This document shows positions 51,862 to 62,542 of a DNA stretch of 64,000 bases, piece by piece; the first letter of the stretch is position 1, and each line of letters starts with the position of its first letter. The notes under the pieces were generated by a model. The model was not told the DNA's origin. It saw nothing but the letters and a program-made list of their open reading frames with translations, and searched no databases. A program made the translations under genes and the position numbers. The DNA comes from a virus (lineage: Duplodnaviria > Caudoviricetes), in IMG/VR virus record IMGVR_UViG_3300013947_000021, positions 96,001 to 160,000 of that record; one strand, 5' to 3'.

Positions 51862-52680
51862 ATGACACTTAGCGAATATTCAGCATATTCTAATATCACA
51901 AGAAACATATTTAATTATATGAATGGAAAAATAAACCCATATAATATATGCAAACTTAATATAGCTACTTATAGTGTAAAAGGATATAATGGCTTTATTA
52001 AATATCCTAATTTGGTTACAATTTATATTGGAACAATTTTAGATAGTTGGGATGATAAATACTTTGATCAAGGATTAAATAAAATAGATTTTTGTTGTAC
52101 TTATATTGCTTGGGTTGTAGCGCATGAATTATTTCATTCTGAGCAATCAATGAGTATGTTTAATTATTCTAATAATACCAATTATAGAACTATTTGTGAA
52201 AATGATGTTAATAGAATATCATGGAATTGGGTTAACGATCATAAAGAAGAAATATCTAGGCTATTTGATTTTAATTGTATTATTAAAGATCTTACTGTTG
52301 ATAATCTTCCTAAAGAATCAAATTATGCAAAAGTTTCATCATTAAAAGAATTTTATTTACAGAATATAATTAATATAGGGTCATCTGCATATTGTGATTT
52401 AACTAATAAAATTATTGAAGCTATGGATAAATATAAAAATATAGGATTTGAAGTAAATCTTGCTGATAAATTCTGTAGAGGAGTATGGATAAAACGAGAT
52501 AATGAATTTTTATTAGATTCATTAAAAGCATTTACAGCTATAATTAATGACTTCTGTTCTCCATATTCTACATTTAAAATACAACATAAGATTTCAGTAT
52601 TACAAAATGATGAATCAACAGCTTTTATAGAGATCAATATAGCAGATCCTATAATAGAACCAATGGAATTTTATAAATAA
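51862..52680 (+). CDS. HExxH protein (metallopeptidase-like)
   Basis: VVAHELFH..Q and downstream E; early motif 51829-51846. Confidence 0.55.
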   Translation: MTLSEYSAYSNITRNIFNYMNGKINPYNICKLNIATYSVKGYNGFIKYPNLVTIYIGTILDSWDDKYFDQGLNKIDFCCTYIAWVVAHELFHSEQSMSMFNYSNNTNYRTICENDVNRISWNWVNDHKEEISRLFDFNCIIKDLTVDNLPKESNYAKVSSLKEFYLQNIINIGSSAYCDLTNKIIEAMDKYKNIGFEVNLADKFCRGVWIKRDNEFLLDSLKAFTAIINDFCSPYSTFKIQHKISVLQNDESTAFIEINIADPIIEPMEFYK

Positions 52681-52781
52681 AACAAAAATCCCATCTACCT
52701 GAAATATGGTAGATGGGTCATTTTTATTTTTTAACTTTTTAATAAGGACTTTATTAATTTTTATATAGGGAGATGAATTAA

Positions 52782-53282
52782 TTGCATATACTTAATACTA
52801 CGATAACAAAAATACCTGAATTTAATGTATGTATATTTCATAACTTATATCAGTTATTAATTGATAACTGTATTAGTTATAAGGACTTGAGATATAAAGA
52901 TTTTATTGAATGCTCAAATTCTATGTATATTAATACTCATAATATGAAAAGTAATAATTACGTATATAATGAGATTATAGGTGTAATAGGTGTACGTTTA
53001 ATAGATTTTCATGATGCCATTTCTTCTAAGTTAGATTACTACCCTATGAGAAAAAAGCATATGTATAGAGTAGAATTTTTACATCATAAAGAAATAGCAT
53101 CGGAAGATGATATCTATTCTCTCATTCATGAAAGTATAGCTGATAAAAATAATGGATTTATTGAATTTGTTCAGAAATGTGAATTGATGGATGAAGAAAT
53201 TTCTGCATTAGAACGTAATAATTTTCATAAAGAAACTGTTGGTACAAATACTATATGGATAAGAAATCCACTTACATTATAA
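52782..53282 (+). CDS. Hypothetical protein, possibly degenerate GNAT
   Basis: IIGVIG...ALERNNF weak similarity. Confidence 0.45.
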   Translation: MHILNTTITKIPEFNVCIFHNLYQLLIDNCISYKDLRYKDFIECSNSMYINTHNMKSNNYVYNEIIGVIGVRLIDFHDAISSKLDYYPMRKKHMYRVEFLHHKEIASEDDIYSLIHESIADKNNGFIEFVQKCELMDEEISALERNNFHKETVGTNTIWIRNPLTL

Positions 53283-53331
53283 AAAAAAGAAAGACCAAAG
53301 GTACAAATAGTACCTTTGGTTTATTTTTTAT

Positions 53332-53865
53332 TTACTTAACCCAAACAGGGCACGGAGCAATTACTCGAACACTCTCATGTGCCGGAACAGTAGTAGGAGT
53401 CTTAGAATAACGATCAGTTCCATCATCATTTACACCAACCTTAGTCGGATAAAGTCTAGTAGACTCAGGAACATTCTTAAGGCTAATCGAAACATCAGAA
53501 AGCTCTCTTGCACCAAGAGGAAGCTTGCGATTAGTGTGAATATAAGTATTGATAAATTCCTTGGATACATCTACCATAGTAGTTGCATCACTCTTAGTAA
53601 CCTCATACTTATCTACAAGGCCAGTTGCCTCAGAAGCAGAAATCTTTGTAGCCTTAGAAATAATGTTTGCACACATATTTCTAAAGTCCTTAGCCGGAGT
53701 ATATACACCCTCAGCTCCATCCTTACCATAAATATTTACTTCATAAGATGTATCGTTAAGCATTGCCTGCATAACCTTAATCTCATCCTTACGAGAAGCA
53801 CTCTTCTGAGAGAGGTTGCTCTTAATATCATTTACAAGTTCAGTTACAGTAATACGATCTGCCAT
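53332..53865 (-). CDS. Conserved protein, possibly HU/IHF-like DNA-binding
   Basis: C-terminal arm VPESTR...TVPAH..VRV resembles the HU beta-arm; low certainty. Confidence 0.4.
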   Translation of the reverse strand: MADRITVTELVNDIKSNLSQKSASRKDEIKVMQAMLNDTSYEVNIYGKDGAEGVYTPAKDFRNMCANIISKATKISASEATGLVDKYEVTKSDATTMVDVSKEFINTYIHTNRKLPLGARELSDVSISLKNVPESTRLYPTKVGVNDDGTDRYSKTPTTVPAHESVRVIAPCPVWVK

Positions 53866-53893
53866 TTTGGTTATCTCCTTTTAATATAAAAAT

Positions 53894-54055
53894 TTAATCT
53901 TTATTGTTGAAAAATATAAATGGTTCTTGTAACTTTTTAGGTTTACCTTTTTCCAATATATATTTATCAATTTCTTCAGGTGTTGATTTTGCCAAAAAAT
54001 CTATAAAATTTTCTTTAGATATTTTTGGTTTAGATTCTTTTTTGCTCATAATCAT
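53894..54055 (-). CDS. Small hypothetical protein, 53 aa (MIMSKKESKPKISKENF...)
   Basis: Translated by hand; AGGAG SD. Confidence 0.55.
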   Translation of the reverse strand: MIMSKKESKPKISKENFIDFLAKSTPEEIDKYILEKGKPKKLQEPFIFFNNKD

Positions 54056-54181
54056 TCTCCTAAATTATATAATAGTGAGCACTTTGATAATTTACTATTA
54101 CACATATGTATTTGACGTTGTAAAGGTTAATTCAGAGTATTTTAATAATCTTAACTTATTTATAAAGAGGTGATCTAACTT

Positions 54182-56587
54182 ATGAAAATGATAAATGAAC
54201 TTAGACCACTATATCTATATTCTGCAGGAAAGAAGTTTTATGCACCAATAAATGTTTCGGAACGTAGAAAAGGTGCTGCTATATTATTGCTCTCTCCAAA
54301 TCTAGATACTAGTGCTAAGATGATTCAACTCCCTTACATGTATAATCCAGGATTATTTTCCTCTTTCTTTATAGATAGAAATATAACTGCATATATATCT
54401 GATCTTACTGATGAAGATGTAGACTTTGATGAAAAAGAAGAAGAATCTTTATCTGAATCTCTTGTTTCACTTGGAAATTCTAAGATTACATTTGAATATG
54501 ATAGTGATGTACCTGTTCTTGTAAAAAGGCATTGCTATAATATCTTCAATTCAAATGTAGCTAAGTATCTTGCCAATAAAATTGGACTTAAAGATCTTCC
54601 TAAGAAGCTTTTCATTAAAGTACATAATAATCTTAACGAATTATCTTCTGGAGTGGACTATAAGGATCTTAAAATTAATTTATTCTCATATACAAAAGAT
54701 AATGTAATTAATATAATTCCTAAGTCTGTGTTTAATGAAAGAGAATTCGGCGGTGAATATGATATATATCTTGCTACTGAATTACTTAATGCTATAATTT
54801 TAAATACTAATCCTAAAATAAATAAAATATTAGCTGAAGCTATTGGAGCAGCAGTATCTGGTAGAATAGAATGGGTATTTGTTTCTAAGGAAACTAAAGG
54901 ATTATTTACTGGATCTTCTTCTGACCTTATTCTTAAATATGGAAAGATATTCTATAATATCTTAAATTCAAATAGAGGGCATGATATCGGTAAATTGATT
55001 CTTACTAATGATACATCTATTCTTACAGATGAAATTAGAAATGAAACAATTAATTCATTTAAAGCTACTATATATGGATACGTTGGGCTTATTAAATCTT
55101 TTCTTCCTGAAAAGAAGGTTAATGAAGCTACAGTAATTGCTGAAAATGACCCATATAATGATATCCTTTCTATATGTAAAACACTTTCAGAAGATGAAAT
55201 GAAAAAGATTTCATTCTATCCTGAATATAGAAATTCTCAGTTTGTAATCAAGAGAATTATTCATAAAATTAATGATGAGCCTGCAGGATTCCTTGATGTG
55301 TATCAATTCCCTTCTAAACCTGAAATTGCTCAAATAACTCTTGCTGTTAATAGTAATTATAGGCATATGGGCGTTGCAGATTCTATGGTTAAAGAGATGC
55401 TTGATTCTAATCTTGAATCTGAATATGGATTTAGTACTTATTGGTGGACTGCTCATCCAGATAATATTGGTTCTCAGAAAACTGCTCTTAAGAATGGTTT
55501 TATTAATACTGATTTGATTGATAAATATGGTAGAATGGTATTTATAAAACCTGTAAAAGCAATTACAGAATCATCTGAAATTCCTACTTATACTCTTATG
55601 AAAAAATGTCCTATTCCTGAACTTGAATTTGGAGAATATGGAATACAGATTAATACTGAAAATAGAGAAACTGTTTTCAATGAAGTTAATGATGAAGCTA
55701 TGTATTCCAAGAGAATTAGAAAGTTCTTGTATATGGAACGTTTAAAGAATAAGAAGCAGGTTATGGAAGAATATGATAAAATTCGTCCAAGTATTCCTAT
55801 GATAAAAAGAATGTATCCTAAGATTGAAATGTATAAGAGATTTAATCTTTTTGTAGATACTTCATATTATCATGCTATATTCTTAAGAAAGAATAAATTT
55901 AAGAGAGATAGAGCAGTAAACTTCTATTTCAATTTCTTAAATAGACTTCTTAATAATCCTGATGTAAATGATGTGTATAAGACTCGTACTATATTTATTC
56001 CTATAGATAGTGGAATTTGGAATGAAATACCAGGATCTGATATAACAGACTGGAGAACTAATTTAAATCCGATTTCAATTTTCTTTAGGCTTGTACGTAC
56101 CAATTTACCGTTACTTAGGAAAGAGTGGGGAAATAAAACTATAGTTTTTGTAGGATCTAGAGGTTACTTTACTATAGATTTCTCTACTATCGAATTTAAG
56201 AATCTTCAGAGAATAAAAAGAAATCTTATCAAACTCAGGTCTACTACTGAAAAGATAGAGGATGAGTATGAAGTAGATGACGATGATACTCTTTCTGAAG
56301 ATGAAGATAATACAAATTCTTCTAAAGCTACAGCATTGAAAATCATAGATACAATAGAGAATAAAACTGGTATAGAAATAAATAATGCTTCTCAGATTAA
56401 TAATATTTCTAAACAGAAAGTTTCTACTGTTGGATTGGTTGATTCTCACATGAAGATATCTTCTAAAATAGTAACTATTAAAGATAGTTCTAATCCTACA
56501 CTTGTTATCTCTATAGATAATGATGTATTAACTACTAATTCACCTTTGGATATTAAGGGATTTAATAAATATTATAGTGAAGATTAA
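54182..56587 (+). CDS. Large late protein with internal GNAT acetyltransferase domain
   Basis: LAVNSNYRHMGVADSMV (motif A) and NIGSQKTALKNGF (motif B). Confidence 0.7.
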   Translation: MKMINELRPLYLYSAGKKFYAPINVSERRKGAAILLLSPNLDTSAKMIQLPYMYNPGLFSSFFIDRNITAYISDLTDEDVDFDEKEEESLSESLVSLGNSKITFEYDSDVPVLVKRHCYNIFNSNVAKYLANKIGLKDLPKKLFIKVHNNLNELSSGVDYKDLKINLFSYTKDNVINIIPKSVFNEREFGGEYDIYLATELLNAIILNTNPKINKILAEAIGAAVSGRIEWVFVSKETKGLFTGSSSDLILKYGKIFYNILNSNRGHDIGKLILTNDTSILTDEIRNETINSFKATIYGYVGLIKSFLPEKKVNEATVIAENDPYNDILSICKTLSEDEMKKISFYPEYRNSQFVIKRIIHKINDEPAGFLDVYQFPSKPEIAQITLAVNSNYRHMGVADSMVKEMLDSNLESEYGFSTYWWTAHPDNIGSQKTALKNGFINTDLIDKYGRMVFIKPVKAITESSEIPTYTLMKKCPIPELEFGEYGIQINTENRETVFNEVNDEAMYSKRIRKFLYMERLKNKKQVMEEYDKIRPSIPMIKRMYPKIEMYKRFNLFVDTSYYHAIFLRKNKFKRDRAVNFYFNFLNRLLNNPDVNDVYKTRTIFIPIDSGIWNEIPGSDITDWRTNLNPISIFFRLVRTNLPLLRKEWGNKTIVFVGSRGYFTIDFSTIEFKNLQRIKRNLIKLRSTTEKIEDEYEVDDDDTLSEDEDNTNSSKATALKIIDTIENKTGIEINNASQINNISKQKVSTVGLVDSHMKISSKIVTIKDSSNPTLVISIDNDVLTTNSPLDIKGFNKYYSED

Positions 56588-56631
56588 AAGAATATACCCA
56601 TCTAGGATGTACCTAGATGGGTAATTTATTT

Positions 56632-58389
56632 TTACTTCAGAATATATACATTATTTGCAGGATTCGGAAGAATAAACTGATTGCAAGTAATCATAAGAGT
56701 AAGAATCTTAGCAACAGCATCAAGAATAGTAATATCGGACATAATAGAAGACTTTACATTATCAGTCCATATATTTTCTCTAATATTATAAGCAGTATTA
56801 TTAATAAGCTTTTTCTTAATAAGATCCATAATCTCATCAGGAGTATTATCAGCAAAGCTATTAGAATAAAGTCCACTTACAAGCTTATCATATGCATCTG
56901 CAAATGCTTCTATAATAGGCTTGGTATATTCTGTAAATGTGTAATCCTTAAAGATATCTGATTCATAATTAGTTATATTCTTATAAATACGAGTAATAGA
57001 ATCAACTGCAGAAAGGTTTGCAGCATATCCTACACCATTAGCATCTGCAGAACGAATATTAAGAACAGCATCTTCTACAAGATCTCTAATAGTATCTCTA
57101 TCAGTCTGAGTTGCTCCACCAACAAATATCTCAACCATATTAGACTTAAGAGAATTATATCTTCTCTTTACTCGTCCAATATCTCGTACATCCCCTTCGG
57201 CAGTAAGATTCTTAATTTCAGATTCAAGATAAGAAAGAAGGCTCTTATAAAGATTACTATAAGAACCATCCTCATTAAACATCTCATGAGGACGAACAAA
57301 TGTAGTCTTATCAGAATAAGCGATCACTCTATCACAAGTACCTGCCCAATCAAATACAGTATCAGGAGTAGGAGCAAGCCCATTCTTTACATCCTGCTCA
57401 AATACTCTAGGATCAAGATACTTTCTAATAAGTTTAGCTCCACACATCTTAGAAAGATCTGCAAGCTGATCAGGATCAGAAAAATCAGTGATAATACAAA
57501 TAGGAAGTCTATTGTTTATAGGCATCTTTGCCATATTAGCAACAAGGGAATCCATAATACTCGAAGAATCCTGAGTAATCTTTGGTGCAAAAATTACAGT
57601 AGGAATGATCTCATCATACTTCTGAGCATTTACAGGAGTAATAATATTATGAGAAAGAATGGAATCAAAATATACTCCAAGCTCACGAGTATCAATAGGA
57701 TGCTCAAAGAAATATACTTCAGGCTTATCAATAACAGAAGTATTCTTACTTGCATCAGTAATATAACAAGTATCTGCATAACCCGCATTAATTGTCATAC
57801 CATTATAATACTTTACGTATGTATCATTTCCTATAGCAGGAGTTACATCAATAAATACTCCTCTTCCCATAGTATTATAAACTTCCTTAAGAAGATTAGA
57901 CATTTCAACGTTTCCATTAGTAGAAATCATTGCAATATCATATGCATCATCGACGATAAATTCCTTTGCACTATTCTTAATGGTATCCTTAATAAGTTCT
58001 ACCATACTCTTAATCTGTCTAGCAAATTCTGCAGGCTCAATATAATTAAACTTTTCAGACTTATAAATAGTATCATAAAAATATGCAGAAAGAAGAACTG
58101 CAGAAGTTGTGCCATCACCAACAGTCTTTACAATATAACGAGTAATAGATTCAATATCTTCTCTAACAGAATCTTCAATAACTCCATTATATCTTACTGC
58201 TCCGATAATACTATGTCCATCCTTAGTATATCTAGGAAGATTATTATCCTGCTTAATACAAGCATTAGATCCATTTGGTCCAAAAGAAAGCTTAAGAATA
58301 TCTGCAAGCTCAAGAAGAGTATTATGATAAATTTCTCCAAGCTTTTCCTTAGGTACTACATTATTAATTGCACTACTAATAATCGCCAT
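56632..58389 (-). CDS. groEL: Phage-encoded GroEL-like chaperonin
   Basis: SFGPNG, TKDGHSI, VGDGTTSA, ISTNG, VGGAT, VEDAV motifs. Confidence 0.9.
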   Translation of the reverse strand: MAIISSAINNVVPKEKLGEIYHNTLLELADILKLSFGPNGSNACIKQDNNLPRYTKDGHSIIGAVRYNGVIEDSVREDIESITRYIVKTVGDGTTSAVLLSAYFYDTIYKSEKFNYIEPAEFARQIKSMVELIKDTIKNSAKEFIVDDAYDIAMISTNGNVEMSNLLKEVYNTMGRGVFIDVTPAIGNDTYVKYYNGMTINAGYADTCYITDASKNTSVIDKPEVYFFEHPIDTRELGVYFDSILSHNIITPVNAQKYDEIIPTVIFAPKITQDSSSIMDSLVANMAKMPINNRLPICIITDFSDPDQLADLSKMCGAKLIRKYLDPRVFEQDVKNGLAPTPDTVFDWAGTCDRVIAYSDKTTFVRPHEMFNEDGSYSNLYKSLLSYLESEIKNLTAEGDVRDIGRVKRRYNSLKSNMVEIFVGGATQTDRDTIRDLVEDAVLNIRSADANGVGYAANLSAVDSITRIYKNITNYESDIFKDYTFTEYTKPIIEAFADAYDKLVSGLYSNSFADNTPDEIMDLIKKKLINNTAYNIRENIWTDNVKSSIMSDITILDAVAKILTLMITCNQFILPNPANNVYILK

Positions 58390-58409
58390 TTTAATTTATC
58401 TCCTTTTGA

Positions 58410-59069
58410 TTAATTTATATCTCTATAAGGTGATACTACTTTAATATCGCATATATCGCCTAAATTAACAATAAGTTCAGGGTCTAAAATTCTACGTTCA
58501 TCGTTAAGGAAGTTATCTGCATAAGAAAGCACAAGAATATTCTTAGGTTTATCTATTTTATATTTAAGAATAGATTTTGAATCTCCTGATATAATTCTTC
58601 CATATTTATCAGTATCAACATTTGATCTATCCAATTCAAGAATATTATCTGGATAAATTTTATATCTATTAAGAATATTTCTAGATATATTATCTCCAGG
58701 ATCTATTCTGACTGCAGTCGTTATAGTCCCATTTCCAGCTTTCTTATATGCACTAATAAGAATAGCCATAGATGTAATAAAAATATTTCCATCAGTAGAA
58801 GCATCATATATATTATCTATTATAGATAAATCATACATTTTATCAGTATCATCTATTATAAAATCTCTAAATAATCTGGATCTATGTATTCTGCCCCATT
58901 TAATTTTAGTATCATCTAATTTAGATAAATAATCCATATGATAAATATTATCTAACGAATTACGATTATTTTCTTGATTATTATAAAGATCTCTTAGAGC
59001 CCCCAATGCAGTTGCTTCTTTATCTATAATAGAATCTATATCAAATAATACAGAATTATCATTATTCAT
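58410..59069 (-). CDS. HAD-like hypothetical protein
   Basis: N-terminal VLFDIDSII (DxD). Confidence 0.45.
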   Translation of the reverse strand: MNNDNSVLFDIDSIIDKEATALGALRDLYNNQENNRNSLDNIYHMDYLSKLDDTKIKWGRIHRSRLFRDFIIDDTDKMYDLSIIDNIYDASTDGNIFITSMAILISAYKKAGNGTITTAVRIDPGDNISRNILNRYKIYPDNILELDRSNVDTDKYGRIISGDSKSILKYKIDKPKNILVLSYADNFLNDERRILDPELIVNLGDICDIKVVSPYRDIN

Positions 59070-59132
59070 ATAAATTACCTCAAAAATAAAAAAAAAGAAA
59101 GTGATGGTTAATCACTTTCTTTAAATTTTTAA

Positions 59133-59939
59133 TCAATAGATATCATCAATATCTACAGATTCATACGTTGTCTTGGTTTCGTAATTACTAGGAGAAGATG
59201 AATCAGAATTGCTATTAGCAAAATGAGAAGTACTATTATATCTAGAACCACCATTCTTCTGATAAGTAACAGAATTCTTAGTTACTTCTACACCAAGCTT
59301 ATCTGCAATAGCTTCAATCTTCCCTTCAACTCTATTAAGAGAATATTTACGCTGATCCATAACAGTAAATGCTACTGCATTTGTTACAGCCTTAATGTAT
59401 TCATCAAGAACCATTATTACCTGCTCAATTTCAAGATACTTATAATCCTCATAATCAGTATCATGATTTTCAGTACCAGTATAATTTCTTACAGAGTAAT
59501 AATAGTTGGTCTTAAACTGATATGCAAAACTTGCAGTAACAGCTCCATTCTCTCCAAGCTTTCTAATAATCAGACAAGGACTATCAGGAGAGCCAAGTTC
59601 AGAACCATTAGAAATAGTTATAATTGCAGAGCCAGAAGGAACTCCGCAACCATTATACTGCTTAGGATCTTTAATAAAGTTTGCAAGTTCATCTCTAAGA
59701 ATTCTTGCCTTAGTATGAGTAAGGAATATTGTAATTCCATTATCCATATCAAATGCAATCTCATCATTACCAGTATTTTTCTTAGGGAAGATTCCAATAC
59801 AAAGACTTGTTCTCCAATACTTAAAAGTAAGACAAGTTGCATCAATCTTAGACTCTGCATTATTCATGCGATAATTCGAATAAACACTATACTCGATTGT
59901 ATTATTATTCTTATTATTTGAGTAATTATTAAAAGCCAT
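59133..59939 (-). CDS. Putative ssDNA-binding protein
   Basis: Beta-rich core, S/N-rich linker, acidic C-terminus DIDDIY. Confidence 0.45.
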   Translation of the reverse strand: MAFNNYSNNKNNNTIEYSVYSNYRMNNAESKIDATCLTFKYWRTSLCIGIFPKKNTGNDEIAFDMDNGITIFLTHTKARILRDELANFIKDPKQYNGCGVPSGSAIITISNGSELGSPDSPCLIIRKLGENGAVTASFAYQFKTNYYYSVRNYTGTENHDTDYEDYKYLEIEQVIMVLDEYIKAVTNAVAFTVMDQRKYSLNRVEGKIEAIADKLGVEVTKNSVTYQKNGGSRYNSTSHFANSNSDSSSPSNYETKTTYESVDIDDIY

Positions 59940-59999
59940 TTTTGTTTCTCCTTAGTTATTAAAATTACTTATACGTTAAACAGCAAGTCAAGAGTTACA

Positions 60000-60740
60000 T
60001 TACTGCTTATAAACATTATTATCAGCTAATGCCATTGCTGTTATAGAATCTATCTTGTAATAAAGTTTAGTTGAATAGGTTTTTATATCTTTATTATATA
60101 TGCTTCGTGAAGCATATATACCCGGCACTATATTTTTATTATTAGAACTACATTCAGAAATACTAATAATTTTATTTACCCATTCATATGGCTCAGGTAA
60201 TTTAATATCGAATAAATCAAAAATGGAATCATAATTTTTTCCTATTTCTTCATCATACCAACAAGATTCCATAAAGTTTGTAGATAACAGATCTTCAATT
60301 CTATAATTAACAGTGCAGAGTTCTATATGAGGATATATATTAGATGTAGCTTCAATATCCTTAATTGTTTGATCGTAGTTCTTTGTTATATACCTATATG
60401 CTGCATAGTTTTTATCTCGCTCATCAGAAGGACCAAATGCAAATCTCTTTCTAAGTTTATTATCCCAATCTTGTACGATTAAATCACTTGGATAAATTAT
60501 AATAAGGTCTGAATTAGGAACTCTTGCCATAAGTTCTTCTTGTACTTCTTTATGTGTAGATGTAAATACATAATGATCTTTTGCAAGATGTATTGCTGTA
60601 TTAGCATATACCTCTGCCCAATCTTGAACTTTACCTTTATTATTACTTAAATTAAAGCAAGATGATTCAAGATCGATAAAATGTGGGTCATTCATTGATG
60701 ACTTTCCTACTCCGGGATATCCCATAATAATTTTGTTCAT
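60000..60740 (-). CDS. P-loop NTPase / nucleotide-kinase-like protein
   Basis: GYPGVGKS Walker A; IDLESS. Confidence 0.7.
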   Translation of the reverse strand: MNKIIMGYPGVGKSSMNDPHFIDLESSCFNLSNNKGKVQDWAEVYANTAIHLAKDHYVFTSTHKEVQEELMARVPNSDLIIIYPSDLIVQDWDNKLRKRFAFGPSDERDKNYAAYRYITKNYDQTIKDIEATSNIYPHIELCTVNYRIEDLLSTNFMESCWYDEEIGKNYDSIFDLFDIKLPEPYEWVNKIISISECSSNNKNIVPGIYASRSIYNKDIKTYSTKLYYKIDSITAMALADNNVYKQ

Positions 60741-60885
60741 AATTATTTCTCCTTAATAAATTATAAAATTTAAATAGTAAGATTTTTATCTTACTATTTC
60801 ATATAAATAATATATCATTGTATGGTGCTTTATTTTTTTTTATTACTTTATTGAGGAAAACTTATTAATAAAAGGAAGTGATATT

Positions 60886-61446
60886 ATGAATAACACTAAT
60901 AATTTTTATGATGAACTTGAATTACACGATACAGAAATTGCTATAGCGATGGATGATATAGATAGAGCTAAGCCTGAAAATATAAAATTTATTATACCAG
61001 TACTTACTCCATATATGGATAATTCAAAAATAGCTAAAAATACTATTCATCAGAATAAAGAAAATCTTATGAATGCAGATACATCATCTGTAGAAATTAA
61101 TAATCTAGAAAATACTAATTATTTTATTACTTCTATTCCTAAAGAATTATGTGCAGTATCTGATGGTGAATTTGAAATAACTGAAGGTGAATTAGTTACT
61201 ACTAATAATATTAGTTCAACAAATGGATCAATTTCAATGAGTGGCTCAGTATCAGAAGAAACTGGAAGTGTATCTGTTTCTGGCAATATTACTATAAATA
61301 ATGCAGATACCAAGACTACAAAGATTACCGGAACATTAAAAATAAGGCCTAAAGATAGGATAATAAAAGCTCCTAGTAAATGGGCCGTTACATTTATAGG
61401 TGGAGATATATCAAAGCCTAGAATAATTTGTAGATTGTTAGATTGA
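60886..61446 (+). CDS. Baseplate hub/spike-like OB-fold protein
   Basis: KFIIP...WAVTFIGGDISKPRII resembles gp5/gpV OB-fold ends. Confidence 0.5.
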   Translation: MNNTNNFYDELELHDTEIAIAMDDIDRAKPENIKFIIPVLTPYMDNSKIAKNTIHQNKENLMNADTSSVEINNLENTNYFITSIPKELCAVSDGEFEITEGELVTTNNISSTNGSISMSGSVSEETGSVSVSGNITINNADTKTTKITGTLKIRPKDRIIKAPSKWAVTFIGGDISKPRIICRLLD

Positions 61447-61460
61447 AGGAGGAAAATATT

Positions 61461-62504
61461 ATGTCAGTAATTATTTGTCTTGACCCTGGTCATGTACGTA
61501 ATTATAATCATGGTGCATATGATCTTTATTATGAAGGTACCAAAATGTATGATCTTGCAGTAATGCTTAAACAAGAAATTGATAAGTATCCTGGTATGGA
61601 AGCTATCATTACCAGAAAGAATGTCGATGATAATCCTGAACTTCATATCAGAGGAAGAATTGCAAAGAATGCTGGGGCTAGATGCTTTATATCTCTTCAT
61701 ACCAATGCCGCAGTTAATCCCAATATTAATCAGGTTACTATATTTAGATCTATTAAAATGCCTGGTACTGAAGCTCTTGCATGGAAACTTGAAAATGCTA
61801 TAGCAGATCTTATCGGTAAGGATGTTCCTACCACTAAGTATCCTAGAATTGCTACTAGACTTATTTCATCTGGTCCTAAGGCTGGACAGGATTATTATGG
61901 AGTACTTAGAGGAAGTACTGATGGATCTATTAAGGAATCCATGATAATTGAGCATGTTTATCATACTAATTATAAACAGGCTGAATGGATGTATAACAAT
62001 AATAATCTTAGACAGCTTGCTATAGTAGAAGCTAAGGTTCTTGCAGATTATTATGCTGATCTTAGAGCTCAAGAAATAAATAAGCCTACTAATAATACTA
62101 ATAATAACAATACAACTACTGTTGGAAAAGCTTATATTGTAAAATCTGGAGATTCATGGTGGTCAATTGCTGCTAATCAGATGGGTTCAGGAGCTAAGAT
62201 GTATGAACTTGCTGAATATAACAATTGTACTATAAAGTCTGTACTTGCTGTTGGAAGTACTATAAAGATTCCTACTATTGCAAGCAATAATGATAAGTCC
62301 AATAATAATTCTAGCAATACTAATACTACTAAACCTGCTACTGGTTATAAATTCTATACTGTTAAAATAGGTGATTCTTGGTGGGGAATTGCTGCTAGAG
62401 AAATGGGTAATGGAGCTAAATATAAAGAACTTGCTGAATATAATGGACTTAAGACTACTAGTATTATAAAGCCTGGTCAGACTATAAAGATTCCTGTAGC
62501 ATAA
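61461..62504 (+). CDS. Endolysin: Amidase_3 + two LysM domains
   Basis: ICLDPGH, E, FISLHTNA, YGVLR, IIEH; two YxVKxGDSWWxIA LysM repeats; SD AAGGAGG before ATG 61461. Confidence 0.9.
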   Translation: MSVIICLDPGHVRNYNHGAYDLYYEGTKMYDLAVMLKQEIDKYPGMEAIITRKNVDDNPELHIRGRIAKNAGARCFISLHTNAAVNPNINQVTIFRSIKMPGTEALAWKLENAIADLIGKDVPTTKYPRIATRLISSGPKAGQDYYGVLRGSTDGSIKESMIIEHVYHTNYKQAEWMYNNNNLRQLAIVEAKVLADYYADLRAQEINKPTNNTNNNNTTTVGKAYIVKSGDSWWSIAANQMGSGAKMYELAEYNNCTIKSVLAVGSTIKIPTIASNNDKSNNNSSNTNTTKPATGYKFYTVKIGDSWWGIAAREMGNGAKYKELAEYNGLKTTSIIKPGQTIKIPVA

Positions 62505-62509
62505 AAATA

Positions 62510-62535
62510 TCCCCTAGGAGAAATTCTCCTAGGGG
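62510..62535. terminator. Bidirectional terminator after endolysin
   Basis: cccctaggaga-aat-tctcctagggg. Confidence 0.75.
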
Positions 62536-62542
62536 TTTATAT

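Larger units (their letters stand above)
21403..60814. promoter_or_regulatory. Dispersed early-promoter motif TATATTATAA(A/T)TATGAAA: minus strand 21403-21420, 22244-22261, 28379-28396, 34958-34975, 44663-44680, 45249-45266, 48919-48936, 60797-60814; plus strand 51829-51846
   Basis: Near-identical 18-mer upstream of non-structural genes, always oriented with the gene. Confidence 0.75.
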
